Source: Phallusia mammillata (taxonomy: Eukaryota). Taken from it: 64,000 nucleotides of DNA. The notes under the pieces were generated by a model. It did not search any database. It worked only from the letters and a program-made list of their open reading frames with translations, and had not been told where the DNA came from. The translations under genes and the position numbers were made by a program. Shown piece after piece: positions 33,601 through 44,313 of the stretch. Each line of letters begins with the position of its first letter. Position 1 is the stretch's first letter. Location of the stretch: contig OZ281498.1 of assembly GCA_965637545.1 (NCBI GenBank), forward strand, positions 17,546,001-17,610,000, read 5' to 3'.

Positions 33601-35336
33601 ATGTCGCAGCGTTGAAGTACGTGTTATTCCGCGAGGACCTATATGGAGACGTCATAATGAACAACTCCGTCCTCGTTACGCAACAGAAGAAGATGAAAAT
33701 CCGGCGGATGATCCTAACCCCGTGAGTGAGAGAATAAATGAGGCAATACCTGACACGACACAATCCTCACCACCGAAGGTCGCGGACCCCGAACATTTAG
33801 AATATGGTCCCGGCAATCCGAGACGTTCAAAACGACAACGTAAACCCCGACAATTATTGTGTTGCTAATTATCGTTTTTCATACTTGTTGGGGAGGTGTT
33901 AAGGATTTCTATTGTTGCGTTGTAATTTCGAACGTTGTGTTTTAATTAGCACCTCATTTCGAGCCTTGTATGCCTTTAGCGCAGTGCAGCATTCCTTACA
34001 TTTCAAGTATGGTCCGCAAGCACACTATTCCTAATCTGGCGTGTTTTCCGTGGAATGTAAATGGATAATCGTTGCCTATATAATGCTGCGCATGTTGAGT
34101 TTAATCATTCTATTTTATTTCCGTTTACTTGGTGTCGTGAATACAACAACTTGAAGAATACAACAGAAACAACTGAAGTAGTCGCTGAAAATTAATCTAA
34201 TATATATTTGTTTAATCTTGAAAAGAGAGTTTAGGTTGAGATTAGTCAAGATTTAAGTCTTTTGCTGGAACACTATACACGGTTCTGTTTATAAGTCTAA
34301 TAAGTAATCACCATAAGACGACATGCTTCATTGTTTAAATTCAAAAGTCTTGCTATCATAATTGATTATCAAGTTAAAACATAGAAAAATATGTCTCCAA
34401 TCAATCAATCCTTATCAACGCCAGATACAATTTTAGTAACGTTATGAGTGATGATCAACGTCTTTTTTGTTCACAGATGATGGTCTAGTTAACATAGGAG
34501 TTGCGCTTAAATATGCCGTGCAGCGCTTTAAGAAAGACAAACGACTCCAAAGTGACCATTTGGATATGTTGATAGTCACAACTGATTCAATGTCAAATGA
34601 TGACGTGTTAGCACCAGCACAAGAATTACGAGATTTAGGAGTGTTGGTAAGAGCTTTAGATCAGCAACAAAACGAGAGACTATCTATGAAAATATAAGTT
34701 ATACACACTGGTTGAATTCATTTTTTTGTCGGTCGGTTCTATTACAAAAGGTCATACTTTTCAGCCGGTTCTGTTTAAAAAAGTCCATTAACAGTAACCA
34801 GTAATGCTAACCGGCTCGCTGATCTCATTTCGTGAGACGGTTCTATAGAACCGGAGTGAACCGGCTGAATCCCACCACTGGTTATACACAATTCTTTAGG
34901 TTTTGCTTTTGCACAACCAAGGTATGACAAAGGAAATAACACTGCTACAGACATTTAAAATTTGTAAAGGACAAAATAATAAATAACTTATATTGTTAAC
35001 TTACAGGTATCCAAAATTAATTTCACGTGTTTAACGTGTTTCTATCTGTTAGTGACAAAGATAGCTGGTAAATATATTGAAAATATATAAGCAGCCAACA
35101 CCTAAACAATAGTTCACACTGCAGATTATATCTATAATATTTTTTTTTGGTTTTTCCAGACATTTGTCAGATTTATGCGTCAGTCAATCAACGACCCGTA
35201 TAACATGACACAGCTGATGGAAATTGCTGGAGCAGAAGATCGGGTTGTTATTACCAATTTAAAGGCGTCACTACAGAAAAAGAGACCAGAATTTGTTCCA
35301 CCTTATGTATGCAATGACATATGTCGCTTTTATTAG
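27606..35336 (+). CDS. LSV copy 6 (subfamily C): intact 383-aa ORF, Gypsy element in intron 7
   Basis: Exons 27606-27660, 27947-28032, 28407-28502, 28617-28728, 28881-29075, 29135-29240, 29423-29577, 34477-34646, 35160-35336. All introns are GT-AG; the total is 1152 nt with no internal stop. Confidence 0.88.
29903..29920 (+). other. Primer-binding site, complementary to the 3' end of tRNA-Ser(GCU)
   Basis: tggcgacgaggatgggat is the reverse complement of ATCCCATCCTCGTCG-CCA, the metazoan tRNA-Ser(GCU) 3' end as I recall it. Confidence 0.8.
29968..31431 (+). CDS. gag: Gypsy Gag (two CCHC knuckles) and aspartic protease
   Basis: CYRCGKKGHFASEC and CSFCKRRGHLQSVC; protease MELDTAAG. The frame is lost at the deletion junction near 31375. 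Confidence 0.9.
   Translation: MEKFLEAMQKQMELQERRHQEQERRHQDQMETLMNFLKQSSTSESSATPSSSTATPNFPAFDQTMELWEDYWSRFRTFFKAHAVSDDRKAQVFLTNQTSTVYQLLANLAGQSSPPKQVNDLTMEEIVGFMKDQFDPKLFVVRERFRYWSEMKRKPGEAIQELAARIRQGASTCDFPSIKDPLDEALRTRFICSVKNEAVLKAVFKIKSDELTFARAVQVAMETEDAARVAKETVYGTQQSEVNKVRKFRPRNQRHREVPSAELQNENSSSYNCYRCGKKGHFASECRFKASTCSFCKRRGHLQSVCRKKAYHESMKVKCVDKFTVKNISNQVAKVPKLEVPISINKKTCIMELDTAAGGNFLSIAAWKSLGKPKLRDPDTRYQSATDHPMPILGSFTAMARHAGSNKDCNITLLVSSIPKLNLLGRDAIKKMHISLDDILHKENPVNIIDKIEEQNLAQECRKLCESFFALIPNLKRIVIHYLYQTN
31347..33868 (+). pseudogene. pol: Gypsy pol (RT-RNase H-integrase), N-terminally deleted and frameshifted
   Basis: FTKIDLADVYNQ, LPFGISSAP, YLDDILV, ACDASYVGIGAVL, LHEGHFG...CRKCNTC, LHVDHA, VTDNAPTF, TNGAAERLV. 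A frameshift near 33070 splits ORFs 31347-33137 and 33044-33868. Confidence 0.9.
34706..34880. mobile_element. hAT-type MITE, family 3 (intron 8 of LSV copy 6)
   Basis: Degenerate TIR cactggttgaattca / tgaatcccaccactg; perfect 8-bp TSD gttataca. The paralogous copy in copy 5 (about 25183-26036) is interrupted by a solo LTR and has lost its right end. Confidence 0.8.
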
Positions 35337-36329
35337 ACCTTTCTGTTGTTAAAAAAAGCTATGAAAAACAAAAACACATTACTGAGAAACCTAATATTTT
35401 GAAATGAATAAAACAAAAGTACGGTATGGTTTCTTGGAGTTATTCTTTCTCATAGTTTAGTATTATTTAAGATTAATAGATACGATTAAATTGTTTATTT
35501 GTTTGCGATGTCTTTAGAAAGTTTGCTTGTCCAAATACGAAAACTAAGAAATACCGATGCAATCAACAAAGATATGATGAAAATGTGCATTTTCCCAAAA
35601 AATTAATAAATCTGGCCATGCTTAAAAAATCCTTCAGGTGGCTACGCATAACAAAGCTCAAATCGCCGACGTTTTAATGGTCACGAATGCAATGCGTGTT
35701 TTGGTTTCGTAGCATGACAACACGGGGGAAATCCAACAACGTCAACAGTGCATTTAATCACTCACATTTGCATTGTGAGGCTGAGAGGAAGAGCCTCATG
35801 CTACCTTTTCTTCGTCACTGGTTTTACCTGGACGTAACTTTTCAGTAATTAACCATAGTCGAAAATACCTTGTCTCTGGTTCACCCTGGACACTTTGCTA
35901 TCACTGTTTACGTCTATTTTAACCTGGTTACGTGTTTTTAAAGAGTGCCACAAGAAATGTCTACAGTAAGTGGGTTTTTTAACTTAGATAAAAAGACTAC
36001 CAATTTAAACTTTGTATACGTGCCCCTTTTTTCTTTGTTGATGTAACTTGCCATGTGCACCTGTGTGCTCATAAGCGTATACATCGGTACAAAGGCCGTT
36101 TATTACTTAAAAGGGTAGAAATAGGCACAAATTTTGCTGATGTTGTAAGAGACACAAACGCGTTGTTAGTCGAAAAGTCGAAACAGAAATATAAAGTTGG
36201 AAATTATAAACTAAGGTTTTCATATTTGTAAATCATATCTTAATTTCAGATTTAAGTACTCATACGTTTTGCGTTGTATTAGTAATGCAAACTTGTGATT
36301 TTTCAGGTGTTATATTGTCACATTTGATC

Positions 36330-37785
36330 ATGATTACTGCAGAATTTGGAACTATTGCTTTTTCTATTTTAATTTTTTTGGCTGTGTTTGGAATTTGCGC
36401 CAACTCACTGACCATAATCGCGATTTTGCATTCACCTGAACTCAGGTAAAAATTAATTTGTCTCCAAGTTTGCAGTGCAATGATTTGGTAATAAAGTTTG
36501 GCTTTCAGAGGACCCTTTAATATATTGACCGTCAGTCTTTGTGTTTCGGATGTGTTGTCTGCGATGAGCAGTGTAATTTATGCAATCGGAATATACGATT
36601 GGCGAAGAACTGAATACAACTTAATACTGGTGGTCTGTACAAAAACATATTTTGATTTTTGAGTCTGGTAAATAACATTCAAAGATTGTTTATGATGTTC
36701 TAGTTTGCAGAATATACGTCGTATGTAACATCCAGCGTAACTGCCACACACGTTTGTATTTTTGCCATTCTACGTTTTGTCGCATGCCGGTGGCCATTCA
36801 GAAAATTAACATCATCTCAAGCTAAGGTAGGCTAAGTAAGAGTTACTGTTTTTGCAGGCACAACACAACTAATGTATTTTCAGAGGACAGCAGTTGCCAT
36901 ATGGACAATCCAATGGACAATCGTTTTGGTCTATTTTGCTGTTACTTTTAACTCAGAAAGAGGAGAAATCTTCCAATGGTCTGTTTTAGGTTTTGGTAAA
37001 AGTTTATGTCAGTTTTGGTAAAACTTTATATCAGTATAATTTATAAGTTTGTATCTTAACACATAGTTCAGACAATGAACCTCTGTAACAGGGTAACGTA
37101 CATAGTAAGAGTTATATGGATCATCGAAATGTGCCTTATCACATCTTTTACTTTTGCCCTCTCTGTCTTAATCTTGGTGCATGGAAAACGACGTAAAACT
37201 CTTCAAATATCAGGTAATAAACTTAACGACTTGTTTTATATTTGCACTAAATTTACTGTAAATGTTCACAGAGGAAGCCAGACAAAGAAGGGCCAGGGAA
37301 GACAAGTTTGTGGTTACTCAACTTTTGTTGATTGTCCTGTCCTTCTACATTGGTTACATCCCATACATAAGTATAACGTTTTCATGGATTTGAGTAATAC
37401 AAAAAAGCAAGTTCTTGTTTCGCGTTTTGCAAAAAGTATATTTTTGTAGGATACATGCACGTTATTGAGGGAACGAACAACCATGCAAGCACATACGATC
37501 AATTAATTGTGGCATACGTTTTTGTTCGCGTAAGCGAGTGCCTCAACCCAATTTTCTACAACATTGCCTCGGGGTAATTCTATCAATTCCCCCAAAAAAA
37601 ACAATAAGCAAAATGTAGTAACATGTTTTTTTAATTCCAGAAAACTTCGAAGAAAGACAATAAGTTTGTTGGTTGACTGCAAGATTTTTTTCTTGTGTTG
37701 TTCCACAAATGAAGAACCTCAAATGACAGTTCAGTTAAACAACGTTGAGATGCAACACGTACCCGATGAAGCAGAAAATCTTTAA
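36330..37785 (+). CDS. Class A (rhodopsin-like) GPCR, orphan; 8 coding exons
   Basis: Exons 36330-36445 (TM1 GICANSLTI), 36509-36629 or 36632 (TM2 LCVSD; donor uncertain), 36704-36826 (TM3 ...AILRFVACRWP), 36884-36995 (TM4 AIW), 37067-37213 (TM5), 37272-37370 (TM6 FYIGYIPY), 37450-37573 (TM7 ECLNPIFY), 37641-37785. Introns are 57-79 nt. Confidence 0.85.
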
Positions 37786-40700
37786 CATTAATTCCAATGC
37801 ATTGCTTTAAACCGCATTATCAAGATCTGTACAAAGAGTTTGCTGTTGGCCAGAAGTTCAAATTTCCTCCGAGGCCTTATTGCGTACGTTTAATATAATT
37901 GTTCTTAACCGCCCAATTAACTCTGTATTAAAAGCAAATAGACATGGCCAAACAAGTCAACCAATTTGTACTTGCTTTTTATAAATGGTTTATTTTGTAA
38001 AGCTATACGATTATTGGTTGGACTGTTTAAGTTTATCGTATTGTTGGACTGCTTACGTTTATCGTGGAAAATAAATAGGCTCTGAACGAGCACAATCGTA
38101 AAACAAACTTAAAACAATAAGAAAGAAGGTATCAGCCTGTGCAGAAAAAACAATTTAGATTTAAGATGCAAAAAATGAGTTGCAACTAAACGCTTTTGCT
38201 CTCCTATAATCCAAATAACCGTAGGTGACGGTTGAGAAATTCTCCCACCGGTTACTTAGACTTATAGATAAAGCAAATCAGTGGGTTGAAATTCAACTGT
38301 ACATGCACAATGTACTAATCATACCAATAATTTTGCTAATCATCGGTCCTACGTACCTTTTCCCAAAAGTGTTTGAATTGTTGTTTGGTTTTGCATTTTC
38401 ACATACACTGACTTAATTGTCTGTTTTTTGTCGCAACGTCATTATAACTATCAAGCATTTGACTCCATTCAGAAGTAATTATGCTAAAACACCTCCAACC
38501 TGCATCTTTAGCAAATACGTTTTTACATACAAGTTATGCAACAAATATAAATCATCTGTGGCGATAAAATTAAAAGTGCTTCGAAACTTTTCCAACTTGT
38601 CGTTTTTTTGCAGAACTACGACTGTATATACAAAATGTTAATAGTTTCGCCTTCATGTAACCGACAAATATCACTTAACAGATAGTTCTGCTTAAACTCG
38701 GGAGTTACAATAAAATGACAAGTGTACTGAACCACACTCCCGCCGAACGCAGCGAATAAATGGGTATAGTTCGTCTGTGTTGGAAATGCTGAAAATGTAT
38801 TTTAGTGCAGCGCCAATATCTAACCAAGTTACTTACCTCACACAGGCACAACGTTGTATTGTGCAGTTGGTGCAACTGTTTTTTCAGAACTTCAACAAAG
38901 TAGTTTGTTGTTGCTTGTTTACTTTTGCCGCAGTCAGATATAGCTGTACGTAAGGACTTGCAGGTCCAGCTTTAGCACAATGCAAAACTTTAGATTGTGA
39001 GAAACAGCCATATATTTGGGACATTAATAGCCGGTTTAAATCTGCTTCATTTGTAACGTTTTTAAAAGGTTTTAAGGTTGTAGTCGATATTTTCACAGTC
39101 TGAAACAGTGAAATGACAAAAGTCATGGCGTTGACTTACTGAAAGACCTTTGACGTTGCCAATATAATAAGTAAATCAAACAAAAATTAACAAGGAAGTA
39201 GATGTGTTACAAATAGTATCGTTTTGCGTCTAAAATTCATTATCTTTTATCGTATTCGGTTAGCCCTGTTGATTCTGTTGGAAGTTGTGTGATAAAAGTT
39301 ATGCTGTTACTCAAGAAATATAGCAAATATATAAACGATCACCAGCTGTGATATGTTTCAGAAACGTGAGAATTATCTGGCTCCAAGGTGGCAAATGAAA
39401 TACAATCGGGTAGAATTTTAGTCGAAACTCAATCAATCAATCAACGCAGTCTCAAAGACAAATAACTGTATTTTCTGGTGCTCGACCCAATTTATCAGAG
39501 AACTCGCTATCAACTTAACTGTTTGGCCTTCAGAAGAAACAGTGCAACAAAAAGGCGAGGCAGGCTTTGAGCAGAGATATCTTATCTGGTCGCTGAATTC
39601 AGTTCTAAGTCTCAAAACTTCTTCTTTTACCAGAACCACAATTTAAGTCCAGCAATTCTAGGGCACACCAGAGACGAACTGTTTTAGAATTCCACTCTTA
39701 GGTCAGACCTGCCGGATAGACGACGAGACAGTTGTTGCGAGAATTATAGTGTGTGACTTTTCCAGAGAGTTGATAAGAAGCCTAACCGGTTAAACCTGGA
39801 CTGCGCTTATTCAGATTAGTCTCAAGCACTCATGTTATTAATCGGGTCACCACTGTTGGTGTGCGTGTAAGTAAACACTTCAAAAGGAGCTGTCTTGACT
39901 TTGCACACCACGAAGCGCAATGCTTGCGTGTCGATAGTGATTGACAAGAATTAAAGTACGATTACTGATGTAACTTACAGGTGGCAGTTTGGTATGTCGC
40001 AAATTTCTATTCTGCATTGCCTTATTGCATTAGGAAATATTATTGGTGCGTAACAGAAACTACAATGCGGAAAAGCGACTTAAATATATTTTGACAAACT
40101 TTCGTAGAGCTACTTTTGCACACCGTAGTTGCAGTTGTGACGGGCGAGATGTTCTGAAGCAACCTCTTGTGCAGAAAAACTTTGACCATCAATTTGAAAC
40201 ATTACATGGGTGTCACTAATGTGTCGTCTTCGAGGTTATAGTTATCTGAAAAGCATACAACGATAAACGTAGAGATAGCATGTTGCTAAAAGTAAACAGG
40301 GTATTGGTTTCGAAATTAAACCTATAAAAAGTATACGTTGTTCCAATGTTACATAACTTATTAAGGAAATTAATGGTTTTGAAAGAGGACATTATACACC
40401 ATTTTAGCTGATTTTTTGCTGGCGGAAAGCGACCCCTTTCGAACACACCACAATTACATAGACGCATTGCTGTTCTGTAACCCAGATTGTAACACCAACT
40501 GCCCTAAATGCACGTTCATTCGTGGCAAGCACTGCAAGCGTACAACTTCCGGAGTCAACTTTCCTGAAACAAATTACAACGCTTAATTTTCCTGCTTAGT
40601 AGCTCAATAAAGACCTGTTTAAACTAGGTTGCGTATAAACTGCAAACAGTTTTGTGTGCTATGTTCTGACCAGTTTTTTTTTTCGACAAGCATTGTAGTT

Positions 40701-40888
40701 TATTTTAGGTTGCAAGTAGATTGATAAGAAACGAAACAGCTCAAAAACTTTAAGATAGCAGTAGACATTCAACCCGCTTTTTGATCTCATCCGATATAAA
40801 AAACTTATACTAATACCTTTGTATAATAGTTTTTTAGTTGTAAGTGGGCCCTTATATCTAAATGTACCGTATAACCCATACTTATATG

Positions 40889-41266
40889 CAGGGTTGCCAT
40901 CGACTTGAAACCAATAATAAGGACAACCGAAAATAAAAATTTTATACGAAACAAAACAAACGATTTTGAACGAATCTTGCATTTATACGAGCCGTGACAT
41001 ATCACATGCCAAATATTTGGCCAGAAACAATCTGTTCCAGCAGCTCCATGCTCGTAGAAAATACTTCGTGCATCTCACAACAGCTCAGGTCTAGGTTTAC
41101 TTTTACTTGTAGCAGGGATTTGACACTAATTGTTGAAAATAAGACAAAAGAAGGACTCAAGTCAAAAATAAGGACATTTCTTAGATTTAAGGACAATGAA
41201 CTTTTCTAAGACATAGCCCTTCAAAATAAGGAAAATCTTAGAAATAAGGACGGTATGGCAACCCTG
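40889..41266. mobile_element. hAT-type MITE, family 4 (TIR cagggttgcca)
   Basis: TIR cagggttgccat / atggcaaccctg; perfect 8-bp TSD cttatatg. Confidence 0.9.
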
Positions 41267-42130
41267 CTTATATGGCTTATTGCAAACGTCTCTGTTGTGT
41301 GCAAAAACAGCGATTTCGATAAATGAAATGTAAGCGATAAAATATAACCTGTATATCAAAATTTTGGTCCGCGTGCAGTGTTGTCGCAATATTTCATTTG
41401 GATTAAAAGGTTATTTTGTCAGTTAAGGTGCTACCTTTAGGGACAGGAAATTACATGTTGCGCTTTATAGCAAGATATCGTGACAGTCTTTGCACCTATT
41501 ATCGCCCAAACGTCTTTCTTTTTGTTTAGTCAGTTTACTTGAAAGTAGGACGCTTGTTGGTCAGGAAGTTGTTTAAAGGCAGATTAAAGCCGAGCAGCTA
41601 AGTGAACACAATGAACTGTAAAAAAAATCTGACGGACAGAGCAACCAGTTACCCTTTGCAGCATGGCATGTTTAGTTAATTAGTTGTATACACTAATCAA
41701 ACGTTTTTCATGGAATATTAAAATTTCTATCTATGCTTTTTAGCTAATAACGCTATTAGCTTATAATCTGATTGTGGCAAATTGGTCTTTGATAAGAAGC
41801 AAGTGAATTTTCCGACAAAACGTCATGACTAAAGGACCTGTAAAATGCAGAAACCCGCATTTACATTTCAAGGTAAATAAACGAGTGCATGAAAAGCGCC
41901 TCTTAGTGCCATATGAAACTTGTTTTGTCTGTATTACAGTTCACGAAAACAGAAGCTTTTCACACAAGCACCAAGAATCTATTCGAACATTCAAAAATGT
42001 TTTTAAACTATGAAAGTATTGTCCGGTGAGTTTTCAAATAGGACGAAGAAAATAGTTTCAATGTGTAACGTTGATTTTTTATGTTTAAACTACTAGTTAA
42101 TAAATCTATACATATAACTTACACAGATGT

Positions 42131-43617
42131 ATGGATTCCCACCCTGCCTTGCAATTTGATCAGCAGAAACCGAAACTTACGGAAAAAACAGAGTTGGAAT
42201 TTCTAATCAAAGCGTCAGGAAAACGAATAAAAGTGCATAAGTTTTTTAAAAAACGAGATACTTTTGCAGGTATGTCAAAAACTGTTACGTTTGTAGGCCA
42301 ACCTTAAAAGTAGATGGTCTTTTATGTTTCGTTACTTAAAAAACTACAATTTCCAATTTATTATGTAAATTATATCAGGCCACGAGTGGTTTTAAACTTA
42401 TGGAAATTTTCAAAACACTGAATGTACAAGTAAAGTTTAAACGACGACAAGTATTACAGGACTAACTTTCTTCATGTTATACGTTGTATTGCTTGTTGTG
42501 ACATAAACCATCAAAACCCGATATAAAACCTAAGCTCAATTGACTGATGTAAACAAAGTGCGTTAAGCTTTTTTGTGAATGTAACGCGACGCCTTTTACA
42601 AAACTTACCAGGGGCTAGGTATTGTCCAATCAAGTGGTCTCTGGTTCGTTAACCTACATCCAACAAGTTATGCACATACACTTCTCTTCACTAAACTCAT
42701 TGAAATTTGCTTCAGATCGCTTATGGAAAACAAAATACAGAAAATTCAAGGTTAGAAAAAGAAAACCAACGTTCATTGAAAGAGCTGCAAATCGACTTTT
42801 AAAGTGGTCGAGGGAAGTCAAAAAAACGCGGAACATCAAAAAATGCCGTTTTTGTCGCTTTGAAACTTGGTATCTGGTTGCCATGGCAAGGCACAAGCTG
42901 GTCAAGCACAGGACGAAGAAACAAAGAATCGCTTGTACCGAAATGGATAGAATTCTGGCGCCAAGTGTGTATGAAGGTATGGAGAAAATGGCAATGTGCC
43001 GTAAATGTGGCAAGGAGTTTGCACAAGAAGACAGTTTGAAGAAACACATACAGGTGGTTCACCAGAAAAAGAAACCGCATAAGTGTAAAGAATGTGGTAA
43101 GCAATTTGGGCAACGACAAGACCTTACCGTTCACATGAACACGCACACCGGAATAAAACCGTTTGCGTGCGAAAAGTGCGACAAAAGATTCACAAGTTCG
43201 AGTTCTCGTAATGCACACGTCAGGCAGATCCACGAAAAGATTAGACCGCACGTCTGTAAGATTTGTGAGAAATCGTTTGGTCAGCTTCATCAACTCAAGT
43301 CTCATACTCGATTTCACACAGGTTACAAACCCTACAAGTGTAAGCATTGTGATTACGCCACTGTAACAACTGGATTGTTGAAAATCCATGTTCGAGGCGT
43401 GCACAGAATTTGCGATGTTACCAACGGACGTATCTTTGAGCGGTTTAAATGCATAGATTGTGGCACCAACTTTGACAGCAAGATGCAGCTTGAAACGCAC
43501 AGTAACATAGCAAAAGGTGTGAGATCGTACATATGCAACATATGTGGATATGCCTACTACTGTCAAACTGCATTGGGCAGACATTACAGAAAAGCTCACA
43601 ATACGTGTGCAATTTAA
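42131..43617 (+). CDS. C2H2 zinc-finger protein (about 8 fingers, one degenerate)
   Basis: The 42622-43617 ORF has tandem CxxC...HxxxH/HxxxxH fingers with TGIKPF and TGYKPY linkers. Likely exons are 42131-42269 and 42716-43617 (phase 1 junction); the 5' exon is less certain. Confidence 0.85.
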
Positions 43618-44313
43618 AAAGCACTTTTAGAAAACGCACGTTTTTTAATGACTTTTTTGTTTGCTGTAATAAATACAATCAACTTGTCTGTTTGCGCGCT
43701 GAATTTAAAGATTTGCTGTAGTTTTTAATCTGAATTTTATACGCAACCTACAGACTGAAAATCTTGAAAAACTTTGAGCTCGGCAAGGGTTGTACATGTT
43801 TTTTGTTTGAATTACACGAAACGAATTTCCAAACGCAACACATCATGCAGTGTACAAAGCAACAATCTAGGAAATCAATTCATTCGAGGCCTGCTTCCTA
43901 ATTACGAATTTGAAGCGGAAATCTTACAAAGTTGCCTTCAAATGGTGATAGCCAGAGTATAGTTTTAAGGCTACGCAAAGCAGACACAAAGAGAATTGTG
44001 CTTGACAAATTTTGAGGTTTTATATTGCGACTTAGGATTTGGCGCTCTTAAAATCTTATGCACCTTTTACAAACGACTGTATTGAACAATAACCTCAAAC
44101 GAGGGAGTCAAGTTAAAGAACTAAATCAGTAATTGAAGCAGGTTGCAGGAGGGATAAAGCAAAATAACGCGGCACTGGCATTTTAGAAGGAAAAAACAGA
44201 AATCAGTTTGCTTGAAACTATTTGAAAAAATGCATTTTACAAACAATGTTTTTTGCCAAAATATCACCTTGCCTTGTTCGCAAATCGTACACCACGTGAC
44301 ACATGGAATGACG

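Larger units (their letters stand above)
29632..34165 (+). mobile_element. Ty3/Gypsy LTR retrotransposon (Mag-like), internally deleted
   Basis: 269-bp LTRs at 29632-29900 and 33897-34165 (TG...CA, 2 substitutions apart). 5-bp TSD gaaac at 29627-29631 and 34166-34170. PBS at 29903-29920; purine tract ggggagg just before the 3' LTR. Domain order gag-PR-RT-RH-IN. Confidence 0.97.

Noticed and set aside
1-35336. Calling the cluster complement factor B/C2
   Set aside because: Each copy stops right after the vWA domain, and no trypsin-like protease exons were found between copies.
38837-39640. Possible minus-strand exons, including an LLDLNCGSG methyltransferase-like motif
   Set aside because: The motif is bounded by stops, and no coherent gene model emerges.
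42799-43599. 266-aa minus-strand ORF
   Set aside because: Antisense shadow of the zinc-finger exon; no independent motifs.
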